64,000 bases of DNA from a virus. Position numbers and translations under genes: made by a program. Shown in pieces: positions 24,043 through 33,442 of this stretch. Under the pieces are notes generated by a model, which made no database searches, was not told the DNA's origin, and saw nothing but the letters and a program-made list of their open reading frames with translations. Position 1 is the first letter of the stretch. The number at the start of each line of letters is the position of its first letter. The DNA lies in IMG/VR virus record IMGVR_UViG_3300017917_001194, positions 22,397 through 86,396 of that record, one strand, 5' to 3'.

Positions 24043-24051
24043 TATTTAGTC

Positions 24052-24423
24052 TTAGACTACAGTCCAACCAAGTTTTAGCAAATCTTCACGTATTTCATCA
24101 GTAACAGTACTTTCTTTAACATACTGGTTTTCTTCGTAGTAACTCGCAGGATCTACATCACCGGCACCAAATCCTCCCATGCCACTACAGTAATAATCCA
24201 TGTAGTCCTCGTCACAGTCACGTAGAGTAGCCACAACACCGCCAGCGGCACGCCAACTACAGGCCCAAGTGTTATCAGCTAGCACTTGCCAGACATCTTG
24301 CTTTTGGAATTCGTTATTACACATGGCCGCATACAAATTTTGAGCATAGGACTTTGATGATTTCACTTTCGTGCGAAACCATTCACTTTCCATCATGTCA
24401 GTCTGCATACTATAATGTGTCAT
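24052..24423 (-). CDS. conserved phage hypothetical protein
   Basis: YAQNLYAAMCNN, W.CSWR.AGG.VA, DYMDYYCSG; start moved out of the tRNA. Confidence 0.75.
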   Translation of the reverse strand: MTHYSMQTDMMESEWFRTKVKSSKSYAQNLYAAMCNNEFQKQDVWQVLADNTWACSWRAAGGVVATLRDCDEDYMDYYCSGMGGFGAGDVDPASYYEENQYVKESTVTDEIREDLLKLGWTVV

Positions 24424-24431
24424 ATTAAATT

Positions 24432-24507
24432 TGGTGGGCGGAGCAGGACTTGCACCCACACTCCCCGAATTATGAGTTCGACGCTTTACTGTTTAAGCTA
24501 TCCGCCC
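24432..24507 (-). tRNA. tRNA-CAT (probably Ile2/lysidine type)
   Basis: TCGAA-CT CAT AA-TTCGG, GGGC acceptor start, CCA. Confidence 0.82.
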
Positions 24508-25192
24508 TAAAACTATTGTTTCTAATTTGCTTAATTTCTTGTTCTTTGATTATACACAGTTTCTTAGGAAATTGCGACCATTTTGAACGATCTCTTTCTG
24601 TTTCATACCCCTTAACCTCTACATATAAGTTTAGTGATTCTATATAAAAGTCTGGAAAATATCTTCTGACACCGTTCCACTCATATTCGAATGATTCACT
24701 GGGTCTCTTTGGATCTAGTCCGTTTTCTTTTGCCCAGAGATAAAAATCAACCTCCCATTGACCCTGAAATTTTATACCATCTACAATTATTTGTTTTGTT
24801 CTTCCTCGATTTGATGATGTATATGCTTCAGGATTATTTTCCACTGCTTTTTTCATTGACAATCGATGTTTTTCTCTAATGGACTGATTTGCCCATTGTG
24901 TTTTATTTTGTTCTATAGTCGCTTGTCTTATTTTTGTTCTGCCACTGTCTGTTAAAACTTCCATTATTCTGTTAGGATTTTTTGGACATCGGCGTGTATG
25001 ATTACTCAATGCACTCTTTGTTTCGTATATTTTTTGACAATGAATACACGGAGTCGGAGGTATTATCGGATTTTTGAAATTAGATTTATTGTAAGACATA
25101 TCTAATCTAAGTGGATTTAAACTACAACGAATCTCGTGCTGTATTTTTGATTTCAGACTCTTTGCTGATTTTTGACAATATTGGCAGAACAT
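24470..25192 (-). CDS. putative homing endonuclease, zinc fingers + PD-(D/E)xK domain
   Basis: CxxC..H...C fingers; WE, YFPDFY...YVEVKG. Confidence 0.75.
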   Translation of the reverse strand: MFCQYCQKSAKSLKSKIQHEIRCSLNPLRLDMSYNKSNFKNPIIPPTPCIHCQKIYETKSALSNHTRRCPKNPNRIMEVLTDSGRTKIRQATIEQNKTQWANQSIREKHRLSMKKAVENNPEAYTSSNRGRTKQIIVDGIKFQGQWEVDFYLWAKENGLDPKRPSESFEYEWNGVRRYFPDFYIESLNLYVEVKGYETERDRSKWSQFPKKLCIIKEQEIKQIRNNSFRADSLNSKASNS

Positions 25193-25244
25193 TTTTATCT
25201 CCTATAAGTTTATTTATCATAGGAGTCGTTTGCTTTAACTAAAA

Positions 25245-25631
25245 TTAGTTATAGTTGTCAAGAAACTTGTTTAAGTTTCCATACAGTCTGGCCATCATAG
25301 CTTCTTTGGAACCAAAGAATATGATTTGTTTTGGTATTTTCTTTTTGACTTCAATGTAGTAAGGCATTTGAAGTTTTCGATCTAGTTTAAGTATGGTCAT
25401 GCGATCGAATGTTTCCCAATTGATTTCCATTGAGTAACTTTCAAGATCCATGACCTTTTTGAATGTGAAATAACCCAAATCGGTTAGACGTAGACCTCCA
25501 CTAGCTCGAATGTTGTACCACCATATCTTCATAGCGGTGTTAGCATCCATTTCGCTACCGTCGGGTAGCTTAGATATGATTACTTCTGTAAGTTTGAGTT
25601 TGTCGCGCACATCAAGGATATACCTGGTCAC
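25245..25631 (-). CDS. hypothetical protein
   Basis: WW.N.R..GGLRLT..G motif. Confidence 0.7.
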   Translation of the reverse strand: MTRYILDVRDKLKLTEVIISKLPDGSEMDANTAMKIWWYNIRASGGLRLTDLGYFTFKKVMDLESYSMEINWETFDRMTILKLDRKLQMPYYIEVKKKIPKQIIFFGSKEAMMARLYGNLNKFLDNYN

Positions 25632-25899
25632 CCTGCTTGAGCAGTACTACGGTGAACTTGTCAGTTTTGAATTGTGTGTTTAACTTCTTGGCCAAGTTGA
25701 TAGCATGGCCCGGGTTAGAGAAACTAACCTTTTTGTACTTAGGTCCAGGATACTGAACTAGTAGGTTAGATGTTTTGAGATTAATGGGTTGACCAGAGTA
25801 AAATACGGCCCAAGTACCTTCACTAGCTAATACCTGTTCGGTCTTATATGTGGTTTTATTAGTTTGCTCAATAAGAACTATTGGTTTAGGGCGAGACAT
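25612..25899 (-). CDS. hypothetical protein
   Basis: MSRPKP...GPKYKKVSFSNPGHA. Confidence 0.75.
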   Translation of the reverse strand: MSRPKPIVLIEQTNKTTYKTEQVLASEGTWAVFYSGQPINLKTSNLLVQYPGPKYKKVSFSNPGHAINLAKKLNTQFKTDKFTVVLLKQGDQVYP

Positions 25900-26548
25900 G
25901 TAGTAATCCCTTTAATTGTTTACAATTACTTCCGTGCCAACGGACATAATTAGTTTTCTGTGTAGTTAACCCACAATGTTCACAAGTAATTTGATTGTGT
26001 GGTTTATGACAAGGATGATTATCACCTTGCTTTGCTTTGCTTATTTTAGATCTACTTTCGGCAGACTTTGTTTTACCGTACGCAGGATGTAAATTGCCAG
26101 TTTTTCCAAATAATCCATTTGCTGGTCCAAATTTTGTAGATTTAGTAATAGACTCGGCTGTATGTTTCTTTCCATAAAACGGATTATTAGATCCGGTGCG
26201 TGTGCCTTTTAATGCATTTTGTATTTTTTGACGAGTTTCTTTACTTACTGTACTACCTGCTGTAGTAAAGTTGCCATCGCCGTTATGTAAATTAAAGCTA
26301 TATGGATCATTTTTAGCATCTAATATATCTAAATAATCTGCCTCAAGTTTACGAATATATGTTGGATCACCAATGGCCAATATTTCATGAGTCCAGTCGT
26401 TGTAGGTTTCTAGTATAAGAGATTTAATTTTACTTGAACAAATATAACCGTCAGCTGGATGACACCCACGTTTTGTACGTGATCTAATATACCATTTAGA
26501 TGTCGAATGTTGGGTCCATTTATATAGGTACGCCTGTGTATTACTCAT
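25886..26548 (-). CDS. GIY-YIG-type homing endonuclease with NUMOD3 repeats (possibly degenerate)
   Basis: YLY...WYIR (G replaced by R), NPFYGKKHT, C-terminal CEHC. Confidence 0.7.
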   Translation of the reverse strand: MSNTQAYLYKWTQHSTSKWYIRSRTKRGCHPADGYICSSKIKSLILETYNDWTHEILAIGDPTYIRKLEADYLDILDAKNDPYSFNLHNGDGNFTTAGSTVSKETRQKIQNALKGTRTGSNNPFYGKKHTAESITKSTKFGPANGLFGKTGNLHPAYGKTKSAESRSKISKAKQGDNHPCHKPHNQITCEHCGLTTQKTNYVRWHGSNCKQLKGLLHVSP

Positions 26549-26577
26549 ACATTTATTTATGCCAAAATATAGGTATA

Positions 26578-26787
26578 TTATTTGAAACTGCCACCGTCCA
26601 TATTGACTGTAATAACCTGATCATCGGCATTGTTTTTAGGTTGTGTGCGTAGTTCTTCCAAGGCCAGCAACAACTTGGTAATGTCAGTGTGTAGGTCCTT
26701 AGCATCTTTAATGCTCATGATATAGTCTTTCTGACCACGAGCCTCAAAGCCTTGAATACGTTCTACAAATCGTTGAATGTGTATCAT
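26578..26787 (-). CDS. hypothetical protein
   Basis: ORF ending MDGGSF; ATGA-coupled. Confidence 0.7.
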   Translation of the reverse strand: MIHIQRFVERIQGFEARGQKDYIMSIKDAKDLHTDITKLLLALEELRTQPKNNADDQVITVNMDGGSFK

Positions 26788-27152
26788 TCGTTAGGCATCC
26801 TTGTGAATGGTTCTAAGTTAGGTGGTTGCCACCCTTCTGGTTTCAAAACTTTTCCATCTTCACGCTTACGAACCTTGCCTGTAGCAGGATCAATCTTGGC
26901 AAAGTTAGTACGCATGACTTCGTTCCATGCCGCTTCGGCATTAGCACCTAGACTATGTATAGCACCAATAGTGACAACAAGAATATCGATAAGTGCGTCA
27001 AGATCATCGACAATATTATCGCTTTCGCATAGTTCATCGAATTCCTCTCTAATTAAATTACAATACATTTGATACTGCTGTAAGTCTTGTTTGCCCACTG
27101 TTTGGTCGCAGGCTGCCATAAATTTCCATTGGTCTAAAAAAGGATTAGTCAT
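26784..27152 (-). CDS. MazG-like/PRA-PH nucleotide pyrophosphohydrolase
   Basis: LIREEFDEL, DALID, N.AK...REDGKVLKP.GW. Confidence 0.8.
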   Translation of the reverse strand: MTNPFLDQWKFMAACDQTVGKQDLQQYQMYCNLIREEFDELCESDNIVDDLDALIDILVVTIGAIHSLGANAEAAWNEVMRTNFAKIDPATGKVRKREDGKVLKPEGWQPPNLEPFTRMPNE

Positions 27153-27591
27153 TTGTGCTCGCTTGTTCTTTAGTGTGAAATGGTCCGTGGAAGTCGTAAC
27201 GTTCCAGGGCGATTAGTTTTGGATCTTGAACGATTTTCCACTTGCGTCCACGCTTGACCGTGTACCATCCTGCGGCAAACCATGATTTAGATTTCTTAGT
27301 TTTTGTATACAGTGGTAACTGTTGTTGTACGTCCCATACTGGATTGTGTACACGTGATGCCGCTGGATATCCGTGTACGCTGTGTGTATCAGGTTTGCTG
27401 GATTTTACTTGATCAACAAATTGAATGTTAGCACGTTGCGCCGCCATTCTAATTGTTTTGTACTGCTCAACTTGATTGTTGATTGTAACTTGAAAGCCAC
27501 CACCTGTGGCTTCAATGTTACCAACTTTTTCGTTGTCTTGCTGTAGTATCCAAAACTTCTTGTCTATTACAGGTTTAGCTACGATTGTCAT
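27145..27591 (-). CDS. hypothetical protein
   Basis: ORF track; coupled to the RNase H gene. Confidence 0.7.
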   Translation of the reverse strand: MTIVAKPVIDKKFWILQQDNEKVGNIEATGGGFQVTINNQVEQYKTIRMAAQRANIQFVDQVKSSKPDTHSVHGYPAASRVHNPVWDVQQQLPLYTKTKKSKSWFAAGWYTVKRGRKWKIVQDPKLIALERYDFHGPFHTKEQASTND

Positions 27592-28585
27592 TTAGTACTC
27601 CTTTGTATGTTTCATTCAGCCAGCGTCCAAACTGTTCTGAAAATTCGCTACACTTGTTAAGCTCATACTTGCCGCAAAACTGCATGAAGCGAACACCCAC
27701 TTGTCCTATATCTTTGTGCGATAACTGCACACGAATAGCTGAGTCAACTGCATCTTTAATCTCTTGTGGTTGTGCTGTAAGATCAATCAAATGACAGTTA
27801 CGTTCATAATCATCTAACACACGATGTTCAACACCATTGTGATCAGTCCAACGCTGTAACATCAAGTTGTTCCAGTTGTAACCTTTTTTGTCCTTATCTT
27901 CAAATGCTTCTTGTAATCCAACCTTATTCTTAGTGCCCTTGGTTCGTACGCCAGGAAAGGCACTAAACACATTATCCGAACTATCGCCACGCATACACTT
28001 TTCAAATAATAGCCACTGCGGATTAGGAATAGTTTTAGGCTGTTTGGTCTTTTTGTCGATAACTTCACGTCCTTTAGCATCATAGATACCTTTTAATGTG
28101 ATTAACTCATCTGTAATGCCGTTGTATTGATCTACGTTTTCTGCGATGAGCTGAACAAAGTCAGTATCGCTTGATACTATTGTGTGATGGTCTTGTGGGT
28201 GTAGAGCAATCCAACGAGCTATAATATCGTCAGCTTCTGCATTTTCATGACGTATTACGCTACAGTTTGTTTTGGTAGACAAGTATTTAGTCAAGTTATC
28301 ATACGTTTCCCAGAACAACTTATCTTCTTCTTGCTCATCTTCTGTTAGGGCCGCACGGGCTACAGCACGGTTCTTTTTGTAAGGCTCGTAGTAATCTTTA
28401 CGCCAACTACGCCCTTCTAGGGCAAATACCACGTGATCTGCTTTGAAGCGTGTGGCTACTTTGTTAGCGGCCATCATAGTAACGTGTAGAGCAAAGCCTA
28501 GTTTGGTCCAGGTATCACTTGCTTTGAACGCACCATGGCGGGCACGGAAAAACATATTAGCCGTATCAATTAGAACGTAGTTCAT
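27575..28585 (-). CDS. rnh: T4 RNase H-like 5'-3' exonuclease (FEN family)
   Basis: LID..N..FR, SWRK..Y..YK.NR, EADD, SSDTDF.QL, GDSSDN. Confidence 0.88.
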   Translation of the reverse strand: MNYVLIDTANMFFRARHGAFKASDTWTKLGFALHVTMMAANKVATRFKADHVVFALEGRSWRKDYYEPYKKNRAVARAALTEDEQEEDKLFWETYDNLTKYLSTKTNCSVIRHENAEADDIIARWIALHPQDHHTIVSSDTDFVQLIAENVDQYNGITDELITLKGIYDAKGREVIDKKTKQPKTIPNPQWLLFEKCMRGDSSDNVFSAFPGVRTKGTKNKVGLQEAFEDKDKKGYNWNNLMLQRWTDHNGVEHRVLDDYERNCHLIDLTAQPQEIKDAVDSAIRVQLSHKDIGQVGVRFMQFCGKYELNKCSEFSEQFGRWLNETYKGVLNDNRS

Positions 28586-28592
28586 TAAAACC

Positions 28593-29306
28593 CTATATTA
28601 TTTTGTTATCAACAATGTATTGTAACATAAAACGGGCAAAATAGCTATGGCCGTCCTTACCAAAATGCCATGAATCGGGCGCAACCGTTTCAATTCCGGC
28701 TGATTTGATTATACTGTTGAAAGTTTGTGTAGAATCATATGGTCCGATATAACTTTTACCCCAGTTGTGTTGTTCGTTTACAGGAATTCGAGTAAAATCA
28801 TTATTGCCGTTGACAAAGATATGTTTGATATTAAGATTTTTAAGCTCTCGATGAAATTCCCAAATTTTATCATGCCAATGCTGTGTACATAAATTCCAAT
28901 CTACATTAGCAATATAATTTTTATACGTGAGTTGTAAAGATTCTGGAACATCGTCGATACCACTAGCATTAACTTGATAGTAGGTACCATCCTCATCTTG
29001 CCATTCTTCTCGTTCCCAAGTTGACCATTGAATGATCATTAATAATTCATCTTGACCACTATAGTGGCTATCTAACCATTCTCGAGTGGTGCGTAGTATT
29101 CGTGTGTTAGAACTAGCACTTTCAGCACCACAATGAAACCCTGCTCTAATTGATCGACTTAGTAAGGTGCCCCAACTAATTGCGAGATTTTCTGGATGCG
29201 GTGCTCGACCCATGTAAAACAACTCAGGATCATCTATGGCGAATGCATGTGGATTTACTGCTTCGGCAGCCGCTGTGTGGCTGTCACCGTTTACATATAA
29301 TATCAT
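28593..29306 (-). CDS. SGNH/GDSL-like hydrolase-fold protein
   Basis: NGDSH, SSN.RI.R, C-terminal H....H. Confidence 0.6.
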   Translation of the reverse strand: MILYVNGDSHTAAAEAVNPHAFAIDDPELFYMGRAPHPENLAISWGTLLSRSIRAGFHCGAESASSNTRILRTTREWLDSHYSGQDELLMIIQWSTWEREEWQDEDGTYYQVNASGIDDVPESLQLTYKNYIANVDWNLCTQHWHDKIWEFHRELKNLNIKHIFVNGNNDFTRIPVNEQHNWGKSYIGPYDSTQTFNSIIKSAGIETVAPDSWHFGKDGHSYFARFMLQYIVDNKII

Positions 29307-30118
29307 ATAAAAATTTCGTGTGGTAGTTTTGTTTGGTTGTCGACGCAATATAGTTTGTCAATGATATCTTTGTCGATAACCGTTGGATCAACATACCAAT
29401 CTTCAAAAGGTTCCCACGTGTTTGTGGAATAATTTTTAACCGCAACATTGTCAATTAATAAAAGATATCCTAACGATTTGAGATAATCTCTACTTTCTTT
29501 TTGTATCTGTTCGTTGTTGTTAAACACATCAGTTTCAAAAGTAATAGCCGAAAATCTATGAGTAGTAGGAATTCTTTTTAGACATGCTAAACTACAAGAC
29601 TCATCTAAATCAACTTGCAAGTAATCAATTTGATAATCAAATGCTTGTAACAATAATTTAAAGTCAGTATGCCAGGCGTTTGATAACATAAGGTTGCCGC
29701 CTGGTCTAAGACGTTGCCATTCTTCTTTAAGGTTTTCTCTAAAATCAATACTAACGCCGCTCCAACCAAATTCTGTTTCGAGCAAATAAGTATTGCTCAT
29801 ATATTGTGGTTCACTGGCACCAAGTTCAACAAAAGTTCCTTGTTGTTTTCCATTCATCACAGTCAATACAAAGATATCCTGCCAACTTTGCGAATAATTT
29901 TGTTTTAGTATATTACAGTTGTTAAATGGATATTTTAATCTCAAACTTGAGTGATAGATTGGATCAAACTCAATTCGAGATTCTAAGGTTTGTTTAATTC
30001 CAAAATCTGTAATGTGGTCTAAAGACTGTAAATTTAAAAATTCTTCGTAGCTAGGCCATCCTGATGGATGAGATATTCGATCGTAATTATAATTACGTTC
30101 TCGTATGCCAAACATCAA
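29303..30118 (-). CDS. FkbM-like methyltransferase
   Basis: SQ..QD, FVELGA, SNT.LLE, IDYLQVD, EDWY. Confidence 0.75.
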   Translation of the reverse strand: MMFGIRERNYNYDRISHPSGWPSYEEFLNLQSLDHITDFGIKQTLESRIEFDPIYHSSLRLKYPFNNCNILKQNYSQSWQDIFVLTVMNGKQQGTFVELGASEPQYMSNTYLLETEFGWSGVSIDFRENLKEEWQRLRPGGNLMLSNAWHTDFKLLLQAFDYQIDYLQVDLDESCSLACLKRIPTTHRFSAITFETDVFNNNEQIQKESRDYLKSLGYLLLIDNVAVKNYSTNTWEPFEDWYVDPTVIDKDIIDKLYCVDNQTKLPHEIFI

Positions 30119-30501
30119 CTTACTTCTCTACGTCCATTACCTAAGTCTTTGCTTTTTACTACTCTTCCATATTCAGGATTTATTGCTTGATCTTGTTCGT
30201 ATGTTTCTAATACTACATTACGACAAACATTTTGGAACCAACGATCTACAATATCACTTTCGGGTTCGTTGGGTTTCATTTGATATCCAGCACGTACTAA
30301 ATTAGCAATAAACTTATCATTCCAATCAAGCTCAAAACTACCTTCGCTTAGATTTTCTGGATTTACATCCATACTAAGAATGCCTACCCATGGTTCACCT
30401 TTTTCTGTAGCAATTTCTTTTTCAGTTTTCTTAGGTGCGGCTTTCTTTGGCTCCTCGGCCTTAACTGGTTTCTTCTTTTTGAATATGTCAAATATTCCCA
30501 T
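30115..30501 (-). CDS. hypothetical protein
   Basis: GEPWV, FELDWND, IVDRWF. Confidence 0.7.
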   Translation of the reverse strand: MGIFDIFKKKKPVKAEEPKKAAPKKTEKEIATEKGEPWVGILSMDVNPENLSEGSFELDWNDKFIANLVRAGYQMKPNEPESDIVDRWFQNVCRNVVLETYEQDQAINPEYGRVVKSKDLGNGRREVS

Positions 30502-30746
30502 TAGTCACTCACTTTCTTAATTATCATGATCAACGCTTCGTTACTATCGAACCAACGATCGTCGATAACCGGTTCGCCTGGTCCTGTCCATATAGCACGT
30601 CCACGCATGGCTGTTTCCATCCATAACCAACGTTTTGTTTTGTAACAACGACGCGGCCAGAAACAATATTTGTACTCGTAATTGGCTCGATCCAACCAAC
30701 TGTCTTGTGCTTGCACATCATCACGATATAAACCTTGTGGATACAT
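30501..30746 (-). CDS. hypothetical protein
   Basis: FWPRRC...WLW motif. Confidence 0.6.
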   Translation of the reverse strand: MYPQGLYRDDVQAQDSWLDRANYEYKYCFWPRRCYKTKRWLWMETAMRGRAIWTGPGEPVIDDRWFDSNEALIMIIKKVSD

Positions 30747-31489
30747 TATTTTTTAAACACCGGTATAGGTTGCATCTTGTGTAAGTTTCTAGCACGAATC
30801 TTACGATACTGATACAACACCATAGCATCAGCGTCACTCTTTGGCACAATATCCTGCTCGTCCATGATCATAGCACGTTCAAGTTCTGGATAGCCTAGGC
30901 CACCTAGTTGATCACGATCCACACGCCCATCCTCCCACAGTCCGTCTGTTGGTTCTGCTTGAATAATGCGTTCATCAATGCCTAACTCACGTCCTAGAGC
31001 CCACACTTCAGTTTTCATTAAGTCAGCAATAGGACTAATATCCACTCCACCATCGCCGTACTTGGTAAAGAAACCTACACCAAAGTCTTCAACCTTGTTG
31101 CCTGTGCCTACTACGATGCCATTACAACTTTGTGCTATTTGATACAGTGCCATCATACGCAAGCGACTACGACTGTTAGCAAACGCTAGTTCACTTGAGT
31201 AGTTACCCATGATCTCTTCAAAGCGATCAAACGTGCTAGTTAGGTTAATAATCTCTGAACGCACATTTGGATAGTTGTTGGCTAACCAGAAACAATGATC
31301 CAAACTTAAATTATGTAAATCATCACGCTGGCGAATAGGTAGTGCCACTGCGATAGTATGTAGGCCTGTGCGAGCACACAATGTACTTACCACAGCACTA
31401 TCAATACCACCCGACACACCTACTACAAGACTGGTAATGCCATTCTTCTCGGCGTAGTCTTTGATCCAAGTTGTAATTTGATCTTTCAT
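30746..31489 (-). CDS. nadE: NH3-dependent NAD+ synthetase
   Basis: SGGIDS, N..SRLRM..LY, GTGN, GFFTKYGDGG.D..PIADL.KT. Confidence 0.9.
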   Translation of the reverse strand: MKDQITTWIKDYAEKNGITSLVVGVSGGIDSAVVSTLCARTGLHTIAVALPIRQRDDLHNLSLDHCFWLANNYPNVRSEIINLTSTFDRFEEIMGNYSSELAFANSRSRLRMMALYQIAQSCNGIVVGTGNKVEDFGVGFFTKYGDGGVDISPIADLMKTEVWALGRELGIDERIIQAEPTDGLWEDGRVDRDQLGGLGYPELERAMIMDEQDIVPKSDADAMVLYQYRKIRARNLHKMQPIPVFKK

Positions 31490-32355
31490 TTACCCCAACC
31501 ATTTCCCCACAAGTCCACGTGTAGTCGTGGGCTATAATACCAACCACGTTCACAACACACGTCTGCGATACGTACTTTGTTTGCTTCATATGGTGCTACA
31601 ATACCACCTTGTGGCATTAGATATACATTACCTTTAAACCCTGCCGCACGATAAGCGTCTGTTGCCTTGATTGCTTCTAACAAATGCTCATCAGTTTCTA
31701 CAACAAACTTAAGGTAAGCATGACCATGATTTTGATAATCGCAAACAATATCAGGACAGATAGCATCATCCCACTTTTCTCCACTTGCTGATAATTTAGC
31801 ACTTATACTAAATGTAACTTCACGTTTATTAGGGCCACCCCAATCATCTTGCCATTCAATTAGCCACTGCTTAAAATCTTCATGTAACTTTTGAGTACCG
31901 TTAGTTTCAAAAGTAATATTCTTAAGATCCTTCATGCGTGGGTGCTCAAGCAATTCTTGATAAGCACGTTGCCAACCTAACAACGGTTCACCACCTGTGA
32001 TAACCAAGTGTACATCATTGCCATTGTTTTGTACCCACTGATTATTAGGAGTAAGAGCTAACATCTTATCTACAAGATTTTCTGTAGTATATGTTGGACT
32101 CAAGTGTTTAAAGTCTGGGTGCCAACTTGCATAACTATCACAACCTGTGGTTACAAGTGGAAGACTGTTAAAGTCTTTGTACAATTCTACATTCTTGGCA
32201 ACTTCATCTGCCTCTGTGCTTAGTTCTCCTGGTTTACAACCAAATCCTGCACATTTAAAGTTACAACCATATGTTCGCAAAAACACTGAAGGAACGCCAA
32301 CAAAACGTCCTTCACCTTGCAAACTATAAAATATTTCGCTTACTTTTATTTTCAT
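31486..32355 (-). CDS. queE: 7-carboxy-7-deazaguanine synthase (radical SAM)
   Basis: EIFYSLQGEG..G.P.VFLR..GCN..C, ITGGEP, ETNGT, PRLH. Confidence 0.88.
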   Translation of the reverse strand: MKIKVSEIFYSLQGEGRFVGVPSVFLRTYGCNFKCAGFGCKPGELSTEADEVAKNVELYKDFNSLPLVTTGCDSYASWHPDFKHLSPTYTTENLVDKMLALTPNNQWVQNNGNDVHLVITGGEPLLGWQRAYQELLEHPRMKDLKNITFETNGTQKLHEDFKQWLIEWQDDWGGPNKREVTFSISAKLSASGEKWDDAICPDIVCDYQNHGHAYLKFVVETDEHLLEAIKATDAYRAAGFKGNVYLMPQGGIVAPYEANKVRIADVCCERGWYYSPRLHVDLWGNGWGK

Positions 32356-32849
32356 CTAGTCCACCAACTTTCCCATGGGAAATCAATCCAAACATCTTCT
32401 TCTGCTTTGTTTATTGTAACAGCTGAATAGTCAATTGTCAACTCCGATTTACTTGATTCGTTATCGTATAATGTGGCTACTCGAACCCGATTGTTCCAGA
32501 CCTTGGTCCAACTGACATCATCCGGTAAACACATACCTTGCCAATCCTGTTTGATCCAATTTAGAGTAGCACCGGTATCATTGATATCATCCACAATAAG
32601 GATTCGCTTGCCTGTAAGTGCATCTTCGCTCATCCATGTATTGGATTCTTCGTAAGCATGATCACGTAAGTTGACCTTGAGTGTGTGCATAGGCACATCT
32701 AAGTATTGGCTAATCATGTTAGCAGGCACTAACCCGCCACGTGTAAGTCCCACAACATAATCTGGAATCCATTGATCCTTGTGCATCTGGCGGAGAATCT
32801 CTTGCACCTGATGTTCAACATCAGTCCAAGTTACTAGTTGTTTTTTCAT
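32352..32849 (-). CDS. type I phosphoribosyltransferase
   Basis: GLTRGG, ILIVDDINDTGAT, WIDFPWE. Confidence 0.85.
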   Translation of the reverse strand: MKKQLVTWTDVEHQVQEILRQMHKDQWIPDYVVGLTRGGLVPANMISQYLDVPMHTLKVNLRDHAYEESNTWMSEDALTGKRILIVDDINDTGATLNWIKQDWQGMCLPDDVSWTKVWNNRVRVATLYDNESSKSELTIDYSAVTINKAEEDVWIDFPWESWWTR

Positions 32850-33442
32850 TTTAAAAAGTTTTCAAAGGTTGATCTAGGCCACAAACACATGCGGCGTTTA
32901 GGTTCATTGGTGATATATTCATTAATTGCATCTACAGGATTGTCAAAGTTGTAAGGTTCTCTTTCTAAGTTTAATTCTCTAAAGTTACCAGTAGAAATAT
33001 CATTATTATTGCCTTCAACATAACTAGTAGTTAAAATATATTTTACACGACTACGAGCTATATTTGCAATAGTTTTGACCAAATCGTTATGACTAAAGTG
33101 GAATAAACAATCTCGGCAAAATAATAAATCAACTTCGGGCAACTCATCTTGACTGATATCAATCACTCTAAAATCTACTCCAGGGTATTTAGACCTATTG
33201 CTATCAACCATAAAACTTACAATATCGCCACCGATATACTTAAATCCTTTTGGAAACTGAACAGTACTCATCCAGGAATAATCACCGCATGGTGCATCAA
33301 ACATACTTGAAATATTATACTTGTTTACAAACTTAGGCAAAGCTGTGCGTACAGGTTCAGTATAATACATTGTGCTACCTGTGCCGCACAGCACATCATT
33401 CCACCTATGATTTTTTATAATATCTTCGAATACTTCTTTCAT
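32846..33442 (-). CDS. class I SAM-dependent methyltransferase
   Basis: G.GST, DAPCGD, GGDIV, CRDCLFH. Confidence 0.75.
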   Translation of the reverse strand: MKEVFEDIIKNHRWNDVLCGTGSTMYYTEPVRTALPKFVNKYNISSMFDAPCGDYSWMSTVQFPKGFKYIGGDIVSFMVDSNRSKYPGVDFRVIDISQDELPEVDLLFCRDCLFHFSHNDLVKTIANIARSRVKYILTTSYVEGNNNDISTGNFRELNLEREPYNFDNPVDAINEYITNEPKRRMCLWPRSTFENFLK

